Notes: generated by a model not told the origin, from the letters alone. Shown: positions 10,958 through 21,282, counted from the first letter of the stretch. The stretch is DNA of 64,000 nt from an uncultured Collinsella sp. (GCA_900762355.1 CAAFGE010000018.1:20030-84029), one strand, 5' to 3'. Made by a program: numbers and translations.

Positions 10958-11722
10958 ATGCTGCTACCCGATTCCAAGACCGAGCTCGTCCGCCGTGGCA
11001 ACAAGGTCGTTTACGACCTGGGCGACAAGATTGTCAAGGTCTTTAACGAGACCAAGCCTGTCTCCGACGTGTTCAACGAGGCTTTGAATCTTGCCCGCAT
11101 CAATGAGTGCGGCATCCGCAGCCCCAAGGCTCTCGAGGTTTCCCAGCTCGAGAACGCCAACGGCTGGGCGCTCGTGACCGAGAAGGTTCCGGGCACCACC
11201 CTTGCCGAGAAGATGACTGCCGAGCCCCAGCGCTTTGGTGAGTATCTCGAGATGTTCGTCGACCTCCAAATCGAGATCCACGGCTACACCTCCCCGCTGC
11301 TCAACCGTCAGCGCGACAAGTTCGCCCGCATGATCGACAGCCTTGATCAGCTCAATGCCACCACGCGCTACAACCTTCAGGAGCGTCTGGACGGCATGAC
11401 CAAGGAGTTCAAGGTCTGCCACGGCGACTTCAACCCCTCCAACGTCATCGTCGGCGACGACGGCCAGCTCTATGTGTGCGACTGGGCACACGCCACCCAG
11501 GGCTCCCCTGCTGCCGACGTTGCCACCACCTACCTGCTCTTCGCCCTCAACAGCAAGGATCAGGCCGAGGCCTACCTGGAGCTCTACTGCGACCGCGCCG
11601 ACATGCCCATGCAGGTCGTGCGTCAGTGGACGAGCATCGTCGCCGCTTCCGAGCTCGCTCGTAAGCGCAACGTGAACGATGAGTTCCTGAAGAACTGGAT
11701 CGACGTCGTCGATTATCAGTAA
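10958..11722 (+). CDS. aminoglycoside/choline-kinase-like phosphotransferase (APH family) of unknown substrate
   Basis: 254 aa; Brenner motif HGDFNPSNVIV and DWAHA catalytic loop; AAAGGA ribosome-binding site. Confidence 0.75.
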   Translation: MLLPDSKTELVRRGNKVVYDLGDKIVKVFNETKPVSDVFNEALNLARINECGIRSPKALEVSQLENANGWALVTEKVPGTTLAEKMTAEPQRFGEYLEMFVDLQIEIHGYTSPLLNRQRDKFARMIDSLDQLNATTRYNLQERLDGMTKEFKVCHGDFNPSNVIVGDDGQLYVCDWAHATQGSPAADVATTYLLFALNSKDQAEAYLELYCDRADMPMQVVRQWTSIVAASELARKRNVNDEFLKNWIDVVDYQ

Positions 11723-11756
11723 TATCTGAGCGATTTATTTCGCATCGGAGGCACAA

Positions 11757-11790
11757 GAAAACCCCGCAGCTCATATGGGCTGTGGGGTTT
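11757..11790. terminator. bidirectional hairpin terminator (A-run / stem / T-run) after the kinase gene
   Basis: AAAACCCCGCAGC-tcatatgg-GCTGTGGGGTTTT. Confidence 0.6.
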
Positions 11791-11826
11791 TCCTTTACCC
11801 ATCGAGTTTATTCACGCAACAAAATA

Positions 11827-11867
11827 GACTGCTCCGCATCTCTTCCTAAGAGAGATACGGAGCAGTC
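11827..11867 (-). terminator. proS terminator hairpin
   Basis: GACTGCTCCG ... CGGAGCAGTC inverted repeat followed on the minus strand by a U-rich run. Confidence 0.6.
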
Positions 11868-11898
11868 CCGCAATTACATCTAATAGCAGAAACGTCGA

Positions 11899-13620
11899 TT
11901 AACGGCGGGCCGCCTTAACAAGCTCGGCAACCTTGGCGACGACCTCGTCAATCGCCACGTCCTCGCGCTCGCCCGTGGCACGGTCCTTGAGCTCAACGGT
12001 GCCATTCTTAAGGCCACGCTTGCCAAGCACCACCTGATACGGGAATCCCATAAGGTCGTTATCGGCAAACTTAAAGCCGGGACGCTCGTCACGGTCGTCG
12101 ACGACGACCTCGATACCCTCGGCGCACAAGCCCTCGACGATTTGGTCGCAGACGGTTGCGCACTCCTCCTTCTTGGGATCGAGCGGAATCACCGTGACCT
12201 CGTACGGGGCAACGGAGACCGGCCAGACGATGCCGTGTTCGTCGTTGTGCTGCTCCACGACGGCAGCAAGCGAGCGGGACACACCAACGCCGTAGCAACC
12301 CATGATGAGCGGCTTCTCCTTGCCGTCCTCGTCCATAAAGGTGGCACCCATGGCCTCGGAGTACTTGGTGCCCAGCTGGAACACCTGAGAGACCTCGATG
12401 CCGCGGGCAGCAGAGAGCGGCTTGCCGCAGTGCGGGCAGGGATCGCCGGCAACGACGGTGACCAGATCTGCCCACTCATCGACGGTAAAGTCGCGCTCGG
12501 GGCAGGCACCGGTAAAGTGATAATCGACCTCGTTGGCACCGCAGGCCCACTGCTTGGACTCGCGCAGGCTCTCGTCGCACACCAGACGGATGCCCTCGGG
12601 CAAGTTAACCGGTCCGATAAAGCCCTTGTGCAGACCGTAGGTCTGGAGCTCCTCGTCGGTCATCATGCGATAGCCCTTGCCAAAGACATGCTCGGCCTTG
12701 CAGTCGTTGAGCTCATGATCGCCCGGGACGATGGCCACGACGGGCTTGCCCTCGGCATCGATGAGCGCCAGGGACTTGCGCGTGCCGTTCTCGGGGAACC
12801 CAAAGAACTTAGCAACAGCCTCAATGGTGCCCATGCCCGGAGTCTCAACCTTGGTAAGCGTACCGTCACCGGGACCCTCAGTCACGACGACCTTGGTGCT
12901 TGCAGCCTCATCATCGGCGGCAAAACCGCAGTCATCGCAATAGACGAGAGAAGCCTCGCCGGCGTCGGCCAAAGCCATGTACTCGACGGAGGTATCGCCA
13001 CCGATCTCGCCGGAATCGGCGACAACGGGCAGGGCCTTGATATAGCAGCGCTCGCAGATATTGGCGTAAGCCTGCTTCATCTTGTCGTACTCCTCCTGCA
13101 GGCTCTCCTGCGTGGCGGAGAAGCTGTAGGCGTCCTTCATGATGAACTCGCGACCGCGCATCAGGCCAAAGCGGGGACGGAACTCGTCGCGGAACTTGTC
13201 CTGGATGTGATAGAGATTCACCGGCAGCTGCTTGTAGGAACGCAGCTCATTGCGCACCAGAGCAGTCACGGTCTCCTCATGCGTGGGGCCGAGTACGAAC
13301 TCGCGGCCATGACGGTCATCGAAGCGCACGAGCTCCTTGCCATAGGCGTCGATACGGCCGGACTCACGCCACAGCTCGGCATCGACCATGATGGGCATCA
13401 TGAGCTCCTGGGCGCCGGCGGCGTCCATCTCGTCGCGCACGATGTTCTCGATCTTACGGATCGAGCGCCAGGCGAGCGGCAGGTAGGAGTAGAGACCTGC
13501 GGCCTCCTTGCGGATCATGCCGGCACGGAGCAGCAGACGATGGCTCGCAAGCTCGGCGTCAGCCGGATCCTCTTTGAGCGTCGGAGCATACAGCGTAGAC
13601 ATATACATTGCTCGGGTCAT
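11899..13620 (-). CDS. proS: proline--tRNA ligase (bacterial type)
   Basis: 573 aa; N-terminus aligns with E. coli ProS ([20 protein letters not shown]). Its ATG abuts the ispG stop (TAAATG). Confidence 0.95.
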   Translation of the reverse strand: MTRAMYMSTLYAPTLKEDPADAELASHRLLLRAGMIRKEAAGLYSYLPLAWRSIRKIENIVRDEMDAAGAQELMMPIMVDAELWRESGRIDAYGKELVRFDDRHGREFVLGPTHEETVTALVRNELRSYKQLPVNLYHIQDKFRDEFRPRFGLMRGREFIMKDAYSFSATQESLQEEYDKMKQAYANICERCYIKALPVVADSGEIGGDTSVEYMALADAGEASLVYCDDCGFAADDEAASTKVVVTEGPGDGTLTKVETPGMGTIEAVAKFFGFPENGTRKSLALIDAEGKPVVAIVPGDHELNDCKAEHVFGKGYRMMTDEELQTYGLHKGFIGPVNLPEGIRLVCDESLRESKQWACGANEVDYHFTGACPERDFTVDEWADLVTVVAGDPCPHCGKPLSAARGIEVSQVFQLGTKYSEAMGATFMDEDGKEKPLIMGCYGVGVSRSLAAVVEQHNDEHGIVWPVSVAPYEVTVIPLDPKKEECATVCDQIVEGLCAEGIEVVVDDRDERPGFKFADNDLMGFPYQVVLGKRGLKNGTVELKDRATGEREDVAIDEVVAKVAELVKAARR

Positions 13621-14703
13621 TTATTTCTCCTCAATAAGCTTGTCGACCTCGGCCATAAGCGCGTCGACAATTTGGTCCTCAGCTACTTTACCAATGATCT
13701 GGCCGTGCGAAAAGAGCAGGGCCTGACCTCGTCCACAGGCAACGCCCAAGTCGGCGTCAGAGGCCTCGCCCGGGCCATTAACCGCGCATCCCATCACGGC
13801 AATCGAAAGCGGCGCAGAGTAGTTCTTGAGCCGCTCGGTGACCTCCTCGGCGATTGGGATGAGGTTGACCTGGCAGCGGGCACACGTGGGGCACGAAACG
13901 ATCTCGGGGCCACGGCGGCGAAGGCCCAGCGACTGCAGGATGCCCCAGGCGACCGGCGGCTCCTCGACCGGGTCGGCCGTGAGCGAGACGCGCATGGTGT
14001 CGCCAATGCCCTCGGAGAGCAGAATACCCAGTCCCACAGAGCTCTTAATGGTGCCCTGGAGCTTGGTACCGGCCTCCGTCACGCCCAAATGAAGCGGAAC
14101 ATGGGGGATTTCGCGCGACAGGGCACGATAGGTATCAAGCGTCGTAGACACGCTATGTGCCTTGGCGGAAAGCACGATGTTGGTAAAGCCGCGATCCTCA
14201 AAATGTTTGACGAAACGCTCGCTCGACATCACGAGTTTCTCGGGCTGCGCAAGCCCATCGCGCTCGGCGATATCCTGCTCAAGCGAGCCGGCGTTCACGC
14301 CAATGCGAATCGCGCACCCAGCGGCGCCCGCAGCATCGATCACGGCATCGACCTTGGCCCAATCGCCGATGTTGCCGGGATTGATACGCAGCTTGGCGGC
14401 ACCGGCCTCAACGGCGCCAATGGCGAGCTTATGGTTAAAGTGGATATCAGCGACAATCGGCACCGGAGACTCGGCACAGATGGTGCGGAAACCCTCAAGC
14501 GCGGCCTCGGTGGGCACGCTCACACGCACGATATCGCAGCCAGCCTGCGCCAACGCGCACACTTGCGCAAGCGTTGCCTGGGCATCAGCGGTATCGGTGC
14601 AGGTCATGGATTGGACCACCACCGGCGCGCCGCCACCGATCTGCACACCGCCCACATGCACGGGGCGCGTCAACTCGCGAGGCAAAGGATGGGATAAAGA
14701 CAA
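13621..14703 (-). CDS. ispG: 4-hydroxy-3-methylbut-2-en-1-yl diphosphate synthase
   Basis: TRPVHVGGVQIGGGAPVVVQSMTCT matches the GcpE N-terminus. Likely TTG start at 14703 with GGGGAG 8 nt upstream. The ORF-track extension to 14790 would overlap rseP by 74 nt and encodes a non-conserved peptide. Confidence 0.85.
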   Translation of the reverse strand: MSLSHPLPRELTRPVHVGGVQIGGGAPVVVQSMTCTDTADAQATLAQVCALAQAGCDIVRVSVPTEAALEGFRTICAESPVPIVADIHFNHKLAIGAVEAGAAKLRINPGNIGDWAKVDAVIDAAGAAGCAIRIGVNAGSLEQDIAERDGLAQPEKLVMSSERFVKHFEDRGFTNIVLSAKAHSVSTTLDTYRALSREIPHVPLHLGVTEAGTKLQGTIKSSVGLGILLSEGIGDTMRVSLTADPVEEPPVAWGILQSLGLRRRGPEIVSCPTCARCQVNLIPIAEEVTERLKNYSAPLSIAVMGCAVNGPGEASDADLGVACGRGQALLFSHGQIIGKVAEDQIVDALMAEVDKLIEEK

Positions 14704-14716
14704 TCCAAACACTCCC

Positions 14717-16093
14717 CTACAGAATAAATCGAAGGATGTCAGAACGAAGCATATAGACAAACAGCAGCGCAAAGAGCGCGATGCCCACATAGCTCACAAT
14801 CGTCTGGACCTTGAGCGGAAGCTCGCGGCCCGCAATCTTTTGAATGATCTCGATGACCAGCTTGCCGCCATCGAGTGGTGGGATGGGCAGCAGGTTCATA
14901 AAGCCAAGCGAGAACGAAATGAGCGCGGCAAACGACAGGAACGTTGCGGGGCCGGCAGCAGCAGCCTGTGAGGACATAACGCTAATACCCACGATCGAAG
15001 AAGACTGATCGAGAATCTCCATCGTATGCTGCGGCTGGAGTAGGCGCATCACGCCATCCGCCGTCTGTACAACATAGGAGAATGACAGACGCGCCGAGGT
15101 GATCGGGTCTAAACGGACCACCTGCGTAGAGGCATACACACCTAGGCGCTCGTCCTCTTTGAGCGCAACCGTGGTCGAATGCTGCTTGCCGTCACGCTCG
15201 TACTCGATGGCGATATCGTCCTTACCGGCGGCCTTGCCGATGGCATCGTAGACATCCATCCAAGTAGAACATGAGACACCGTCAACCGAAAGGATCGCAT
15301 CACCGGCCTCGATACCCGCCTTGGCGGCAATAGACCCCTCGTCAACCTGACCGATCACGTTGGTATCCATCGGCACGGTGACACCCGCAATGGAATAGAT
15401 GCTCATAAGGAGCAAAAAACCCGTCAAGATATTGACGATAATGCCTGCGAGCAGCATAAAGGCGCGCTTGAGAAAGCCTTGGCCAAGATAGGTGTGCGAG
15501 CGTTCTTGCGCAAGGAACTCGGCCTCGCCGCACGGCAGCTCCCACACATCGCCCTCGGCAGTCGCATGTTCGCGATCGAAACGGCGACCATCAAAGGTGG
15601 TATAGCCTGCCGTGTCTCGTGGCAACGTCTGATATTTGGTGGGATAGTAGCTCGGCGAGGGCTTCTCCCCTTCCTCATACCAGGGCGCGATGGAGCCCCA
15701 GCCCAGCAAAAGGGCGCATGCCTCGAGCACATCCTCCTCGGAAAGTTCGAGCTCGACAGCAAGGTCGGCCACGGTCACGCGACCATGACGATAGATAGCC
15801 GCGAGCACGCGATCGGCGCACGAAACATCGGTCGGATCCATACCGCAGATGGCAGCGTAGCCACCCAGCAGCAGCGGGGTCACGCCAAACTTGGTTCCAA
15901 TGCGACGCGACGTGTAATGGATGTCAAAGCGGCACGGCAGACCCAAAAAGAACTCGGTCACACGGACGCCGCAGGCACGCGCCGCCAAAAAGTGGCCGCC
16001 CTCGTGCAAAAACACGAGGACGGAAAGCATCAGCAGGCCCCAAAAGACCGATGAGAGAACGCTCAGAACAGTATCCATAAAACGAAAAAGCAA
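14717..16093 (-). CDS. rseP: site-2 protease (RseP/Rip1 family, M50 zinc metalloprotease) with an unusual cytoplasmic insertion
   Basis: HEGGHF zinc motif in TM1, PDZ-like segment, and LPIPPLDGG motif in a C-terminal TM. About 110 extra residues lie between GGY and TM2. Confidence 0.85.
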   Translation of the reverse strand: MLFRFMDTVLSVLSSVFWGLLMLSVLVFLHEGGHFLAARACGVRVTEFFLGLPCRFDIHYTSRRIGTKFGVTPLLLGGYAAICGMDPTDVSCADRVLAAIYRHGRVTVADLAVELELSEEDVLEACALLLGWGSIAPWYEEGEKPSPSYYPTKYQTLPRDTAGYTTFDGRRFDREHATAEGDVWELPCGEAEFLAQERSHTYLGQGFLKRAFMLLAGIIVNILTGFLLLMSIYSIAGVTVPMDTNVIGQVDEGSIAAKAGIEAGDAILSVDGVSCSTWMDVYDAIGKAAGKDDIAIEYERDGKQHSTTVALKEDERLGVYASTQVVRLDPITSARLSFSYVVQTADGVMRLLQPQHTMEILDQSSSIVGISVMSSQAAAAGPATFLSFAALISFSLGFMNLLPIPPLDGGKLVIEIIQKIAGRELPLKVQTIVSYVGIALFALLFVYMLRSDILRFIL

Positions 16094-16103
16094 TCCTTAT
16101 GGG

Positions 16104-17291
16104 TTAGGAACGGGTTGCGGCGAGCACCTGCACAGCCTTTTCACGCGCCCACGCATCGATGTCGCGAAGCTGCTCAAACGAATCGACCGCCTGCATATCG
16201 TGGGCGTCCATGCAGGATTCCACAATGCGATCGATATCGGTAAAGCTGCAGCCATCGTGCAGGAAGGCATCGACGGCAACCTCGTTGGCGGCATTGAGCA
16301 CGCACGGCATGGTGCCACCCGTCTTGCCGGCACGCTCGGCCAGTGCCAGACAGCGGAAGGTATCCATGTCGGCAGCATCAAACGTGAGCTGCCCCAGCTC
16401 GCGGAAATCGATACGAGGCGCCGGGGTATCCCAACGCTCGGGATACGAGAACGCGAACTGGATGGGAATACGCATGTCGGATGCACCGAGATGCGCCATC
16501 ACGGAGCCGTCGGCGAACTCGACCATAGAGTGAATCTTGGACTGACGCTGCACGACCACGTTAATGAAATCGAGGCCGCAGTTAAACAGATGCATGGCCT
16601 CAATGCGCTCCAGGCCCTTGTTCATGAGGGTGGCGGAGTCAATGGTAATCTTGGCACCCATGGCCCACGTGGGATGCGCGAGGGCATCGGCACGCGTCAC
16701 GCGATCGAGCTCGTCGCGCGTGCGGCCAAAGAACGGACCGCCCGAGCAGGTGAGCCAAATGCAGTGGGCCTCGCGCGGGTTCTCCCCCAGATAGCACTGG
16801 TAGATGGCGGAATGCTCAGAGTCGACCGGAATAAGCTGGCCCGGTTGTGCCAACGGCATAAGCAAGTCGCCACCGACGACGAGGGACTCCTTGTTGGCAA
16901 GGGCAAGGCGCTTATTCGAGGTCAAGGCCGCATGGCTCGCCTCGAGACCGGCGGCGCCCACAATAGCGACAAGCACGCAGTCGACATCGTCGCGATGCGC
17001 GAGCTCGCAAACCGCCTGCGCGCCAACGCCGAGCTTCGTTCCCTCGGGCAACTCCTGCAGCACGGCGTCATCGCCATGATCGACATCGGCCACGGCAACC
17101 GCCGGAACCGAGAACTCGCGGGCAGCGGCAACGAGCTCGGAGGTACTGGAGTTAACGGACAGCGCCGTCACCTGCAGGCGATCGGCATGCTGGCGGCACA
17201 CATCGAGCGCCTGGGTGCCGATAGAGCCCGTACAACCCAGGATGGCAACGCGAAGGCGTCCATCGGGGCCATACGTCGTCTGGGAGGACAT
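16104..17291 (-). CDS. dxr: 1-deoxy-D-xylulose 5-phosphate reductoisomerase
   Basis: 395 aa; RVAILGCTGSIGTQALDV NADPH-binding N-terminus; start overlaps the cdsA stop. Confidence 0.95.
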   Translation of the reverse strand: MSSQTTYGPDGRLRVAILGCTGSIGTQALDVCRQHADRLQVTALSVNSSTSELVAAAREFSVPAVAVADVDHGDDAVLQELPEGTKLGVGAQAVCELAHRDDVDCVLVAIVGAAGLEASHAALTSNKRLALANKESLVVGGDLLMPLAQPGQLIPVDSEHSAIYQCYLGENPREAHCIWLTCSGGPFFGRTRDELDRVTRADALAHPTWAMGAKITIDSATLMNKGLERIEAMHLFNCGLDFINVVVQRQSKIHSMVEFADGSVMAHLGASDMRIPIQFAFSYPERWDTPAPRIDFRELGQLTFDAADMDTFRCLALAERAGKTGGTMPCVLNAANEVAVDAFLHDGCSFTDIDRIVESCMDAHDMQAVDSFEQLRDIDAWAREKAVQVLAATRS

Positions 17292-18190
17292 TACAGCACG
17301 CCTCCGATCATCAGCAACAGCTGCGCGGTGATGCAGCCGAAGATAAGCGAATCGCTACGATCGAGCATTCCGCCGTGGCCCGGGATAAGGTTGCCGGAAT
17401 CTTTGACGCCCACACCGCGCTTGATGCGCGACTCGATAAGGTCGCCGATAACGCCCAGAATGGACACGACCACGCCGCACAGCAGCGCATAGGGCAGGCT
17501 GAGCTTGTAGAAGTGCGTCGCCCACAGGATGAGCCAAATCAAAACCGAGCCCAAGATGCCGCCGGCAAACCCCTCCCAGCTCTTTTTGGGAGAGATCTTG
17601 GGAACCATCTTGTGCTTGCCGATACGGCTGCCCACGATGTAGGCAAACGAATCGGAGACCCAAAGGGACGCGCAAACGCCCACTGAAAGCAGGGCGCCGG
17701 CAAAACCGGGCACGGCATCGCGCAGCAGCACGATAGCCGACAGCATAAAGCCAGTGTAGATGGGACCCATGAGCGTCACGGCCACATCAGAGATGCGGGT
17801 ACGCGGCGACCAGACATACCAAATGCCCACAGCGAGCATCAAGGCAAAAAGCAGGGCATTCAGCAACATCGAATCGCCCAACGCCGACAGCGGAAAGAGT
17901 ACGGCGGCAGCGATACCCATGCGCTCGTTAGCCATCTTGCCATCGAGCCTTGTCATACGGAAAAACTCATAGCAGCACAGACCGCTCATGACAGAAACAA
18001 AGATGGCCGTGGGCACGATACCCAAAACCAGGCACAGGATAAAGACAACGGCGTAGACGATACCGGCGGCGGCACGGGTAATAAAGCCCGCCAGCCACGA
18101 ACCGGTGCCGCTCTTCGCTGCAGGCGCTCCCGCAGTGGCAGCTTTGCGCACAGGCGTCTTGGGAGCAGATGCCTTGGGACGATCGGACAC
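17291..18190 (-). CDS. cdsA: phosphatidate cytidylyltransferase
   Basis: 299 aa integral membrane protein; C-terminal KxSPxKSWEG CdsA signature. Confidence 0.9.
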   Translation of the reverse strand: MSDRPKASAPKTPVRKAATAGAPAAKSGTGSWLAGFITRAAAGIVYAVVFILCLVLGIVPTAIFVSVMSGLCCYEFFRMTRLDGKMANERMGIAAAVLFPLSALGDSMLLNALLFALMLAVGIWYVWSPRTRISDVAVTLMGPIYTGFMLSAIVLLRDAVPGFAGALLSVGVCASLWVSDSFAYIVGSRIGKHKMVPKISPKKSWEGFAGGILGSVLIWLILWATHFYKLSLPYALLCGVVVSILGVIGDLIESRIKRGVGVKDSGNLIPGHGGMLDRSDSLIFGCITAQLLLMIGGVL

Positions 18191-18192
18191 GA

Positions 18193-18987
18193 TTAAGCCT
18201 CCTCGGTCTTGCTCAGTCCACCAAACCTACGGTCACGGCCCTGATAGGCCAAAATGGCGTCGACAAGGCCCCAACGATCAAAGTCGGGCCAATAGGTATC
18301 GGTGACGTAGAATTCGGAATAAGCCACCTGCCACAACAGATAGTTCGAAAGGCGCAGCTCACCTGAGGTGCGAATCACAAGCTCAGGATCGGGAAGGCCG
18401 GCGGTATAGAGGTGGGAAGCCACCATGTCGTCATCAATTGCGGCAGGATCGATCTTACCGGCGGCAGCGTCGAGTGCAATCTGACGGACAGCGCGGGTAA
18501 TCTCGGCACGCGCGCCGTAGTTGACGGCAAGCGCCAGCGTCATACCGGTGTGATCGGCGCACTCGGCAAGACCGCGTTCAAAAACGTCGCGGGTCTTCTT
18601 GGGCAGCGCGGAAATGTCGCCCAAAAAGACAACACGCACATTTTCGCGCTTCAGAAGCGGCAGCTCGTCGATAAACGTCTTGGCAAACAGATGCATCAAG
18701 ACGTTGACCTCATGCTGCGGACGGTTCCAGTTTTCGGTAGAAAACGCATAGGCAGAAAGCACGTCGACGCCCAGGCGCACGCAGGCGGTAATGATCTCGC
18801 GCAGCGAGAGGATACCTGCCTTATGACCCTCGGTGCGTGCAAGACCGCGCGACGTGGCCCAACGACCGTTGCCGTCCATGATGCACGAGATATGGTGCGG
18901 AATGTTATTGAGGTCAAGGTCGGAAAAACCGACGCCCGCAGGGGCGTCGGCAAAGTACTCGACCAGTTTATGCTCGTCGTATTGCAC
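18193..18987 (-). CDS. uppS: undecaprenyl diphosphate synthase
   Basis: HISCIMDGNGRWA cis-prenyltransferase motif. Confidence 0.95.
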   Translation of the reverse strand: MQYDEHKLVEYFADAPAGVGFSDLDLNNIPHHISCIMDGNGRWATSRGLARTEGHKAGILSLREIITACVRLGVDVLSAYAFSTENWNRPQHEVNVLMHLFAKTFIDELPLLKRENVRVVFLGDISALPKKTRDVFERGLAECADHTGMTLALAVNYGARAEITRAVRQIALDAAAGKIDPAAIDDDMVASHLYTAGLPDPELVIRTSGELRLSNYLLWQVAYSEFYVTDTYWPDFDRWGLVDAILAYQGRDRRFGGLSKTEEA

Positions 18988-18988
18988 C

Positions 18989-19525
18989 TTAGATCTCCAT
19001 GACCTCGGCTTCTTTTTCCTTCAGAAGCTCCTCGACCTTGGCGACATACTCATCGGTGTGCTTCTGGACCTTGGCCTGCTCGCGACGGACATCGTCCTCG
19101 GTGAGCTCCTCATCGCGCTCGAGCTTATTGTTGAAGTCGCGACGGATGTTACGGATAGACACCTTGGCCTGCTCGGCGTACTCACGGCACTCCTTGACGA
19201 GCTCGCGACGGCGCTCCTCAGTGGGGGCCGGGAACGGCAGACGAACGACGGTGCCATCGGAGTTGGGGGTAATGCCCAGATCGGAAGCGCCGATGGCCTT
19301 GACGATAGCGTTGATGAGCGCCTTGTCCCACGGCTCGATGAGCAGCATGTGAGCCTCGGGGGTCTTGACGGCGGCAATCTGCGTGACCGGCGTGGGGACA
19401 CCGTAATAATCGACGGTGATGTCGGACAGAATGTTGGCGTTGGCGCGACCGGTACGGACCTTGGAGAAGTTATGCTTGAGGGACTCGAGCGACTTGTCCA
19501 TATGGGCGGTGATGTTCTCTGCCAT
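18989..19525 (-). CDS. frr: ribosome recycling factor
   Basis: 178 aa; full-length RRF similarity. Confidence 0.95.
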   Translation of the reverse strand: MAENITAHMDKSLESLKHNFSKVRTGRANANILSDITVDYYGVPTPVTQIAAVKTPEAHMLLIEPWDKALINAIVKAIGASDLGITPNSDGTVVRLPFPAPTEERRRELVKECREYAEQAKVSIRNIRRDFNNKLERDEELTEDDVRREQAKVQKHTDEYVAKVEELLKEKEAEVMEI

Positions 19526-19527
19526 GC

Positions 19528-20250
19528 TTAATCCTCCTGATAGACGAGCGTGCCGACGGGCTCACCCGCGAGCGCGCGCTTGACGGTGTCCTCGCCATCG
19601 ATGTTGAGGACCAAAATAGGCATACGGTTATCCTGACACAGAGCCGTAGCCGTGGAATCCATAACCTGCAGGCCGCGAACGAGAACCTCGTGATAGGTAA
19701 TCTTGTCAAAACGGACGGCATCGGCGCACTTGACGGGATCCTTGTCGTAGATGCCGTCAACCTTGGTGGCTTTAATCAGAATCTCAGCGCCGATCTCGCA
19801 CGCACGAAGAGCCGCGGCGGTGTCGGTCGTAAAGTACGGATTGCCCGAACCGGCGGCAAAAATAACGACATTGCCCTTGGAAAGGTGGTTGATGGCGCGA
19901 CGGCGAATATAGGGCTCGCAGATCTCGTTCATCTGGATAGCGCTCATCACGCGGCAGGGAACATCGTTATGCTCGAAGGCATCCTGCAGAGCAAGCGCGT
20001 TCATAACGGTTGCCAGCATGCCCATGTAGTCGGCCTGAGCACGCTCCATGCCACCGGCAGCGCCGGCCATGCCACGGAAAATATTGCCGCCGCCGACAAC
20101 GACGCCGACCTCATGGCCAACGGCGAGCAGCTCCTTGACCTGCTTGGCAAGATGGTCGGTAACCTTGGGGTCGATGCCATATTGGCCGTCGCCCATCAGT
20201 GCTTCGCCGGAAAGCTTAAGAAGCACGCGTTTATATCGGATGTCGGACAA
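19528..20250 (-). CDS. pyrH: UMP kinase
   Basis: 240 aa; [12 protein letters not shown]... UMPK motifs. Confidence 0.95.
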   Translation of the reverse strand: MSDIRYKRVLLKLSGEALMGDGQYGIDPKVTDHLAKQVKELLAVGHEVGVVVGGGNIFRGMAGAAGGMERAQADYMGMLATVMNALALQDAFEHNDVPCRVMSAIQMNEICEPYIRRRAINHLSKGNVVIFAAGSGNPYFTTDTAAALRACEIGAEILIKATKVDGIYDKDPVKCADAVRFDKITYHEVLVRGLQVMDSTATALCQDNRMPILVLNIDGEDTVKRALAGEPVGTLVYQED

Positions 20251-20305
20251 AGCGATCCTCCTTTAATTAGACTCTCAATATGATATCAAAGGCTCTGATA
20301 AGAGC

Positions 20306-20345
20306 CATGAAAAAGCAGGCTGTGAGTAAAACCCACAGCCTGCTC
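20306..20345 (-). terminator. tsf terminator (hairpin then U-run on the minus strand)
   Basis: AGCAGGCTGTG-N10-CACAGCCTGCT stem with an A5 run on the plus-strand side. Confidence 0.6.
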
Positions 20346-20367
20346 ATTACCAGCTACAAGAGCTTAT

Positions 20368-21237
20368 TTACTCGCCACGGACCAGACGGTCAAAGGCAAC
20401 GACGGTAATGGTGTCGCCGAGCTCCTTGGAGACCTGCTCAGCGTACTTCTTGATGGTGAGGGAGCTGTCCTTGATGAACTCCTGCTCGGTGAGCACGGAC
20501 TGCTTGTAGAACTTCTCCAGACGGCCAACAGCCATCTTCTCCTGGATAGCCTCGGGCTTGCCGGACTCGGCAGCCTGGGCCATGTAGATCTGCTTCTCGT
20601 GCTCGACGGTCTCGGCCGGAACCTGATCGCGAGTAGCGCAGATCGGTGCGACGGCGGCAACCTGAAGGGCAACGTCGTGAGCGAAGGTCTTGAAGGACTC
20701 AGCCTGAGCGGTCTCGGCCTTCTCGAAAGCAAACTCGACGAGGACGCCGATCTTACCACCCATGTGGATGTAAGAAGCGAGCGCGCCGTTCTCGGCCTTG
20801 CGGGCAGCGAAGCGGGAGATCTTCATGTTCTCGCCCATGATGTGAATCATCTCGGTGAGCTCGGAGGAAACGGTCTCCTCGCCCATCGGCTTCTCGAGCA
20901 GAGCATCGACATCGGCCGGCTCGGTGGTGGCGACAACCTCGGCGACCTTGGAAGCAAAGCCGGTGAACTTGGCGTTGGAGCCAACGAAGTCGGTCTCGCA
21001 GGAGAGCTCAAGCAGAGCGCCGGTCTTGCCATCCTCGGAGACGAACGCGGCTACAGCGCCCTCGTTGGTCTCGCGGCCAGCCTTCTTAGCAGCCTTGGCG
21101 AGGCCGTTCTTGCGCAGAACGTCGACAGCGGCGTCCATGTCGCCGTCAGCCTCGACGAGAGCCTTCTTGCACTCCATCATCGGGGAGTCGGTCATCTCGC
21201 GGAGCTGCTTGACCATAGCGGCGGTAATCTGGGCCAT
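20368..21237 (-). CDS. tsf: translation elongation factor Ts
   Basis: MAQITAAMVKQLREMTDSPMMECKKAL matches the EF-Ts N-terminus; start taken at the internal ATG (21237), not 21252. Confidence 0.9.
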   Translation of the reverse strand: MAQITAAMVKQLREMTDSPMMECKKALVEADGDMDAAVDVLRKNGLAKAAKKAGRETNEGAVAAFVSEDGKTGALLELSCETDFVGSNAKFTGFASKVAEVVATTEPADVDALLEKPMGEETVSSELTEMIHIMGENMKISRFAARKAENGALASYIHMGGKIGVLVEFAFEKAETAQAESFKTFAHDVALQVAAVAPICATRDQVPAETVEHEKQIYMAQAAESGKPEAIQEKMAVGRLEKFYKQSVLTEQEFIKDSSLTIKKYAEQVSKELGDTITVVAFDRLVRGE

Positions 21238-21282
21238 TGTGGTTCCTTTCAAAGAGATGAAAAAGAATTAACTAAGACTGAT

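Noticed and set aside
13621-14790. ispG as annotated by the ORF track (389 aa starting at 14790)
   Set aside because: The upstream 29 codons (MWASRSLRCCLSICFVLTSFDLFCRGVFG) are not conserved and would overlap rseP by 74 nt. A TTG start at 14703 with a GGGGAG ribosome-binding site gives the normal GcpE N-terminus.
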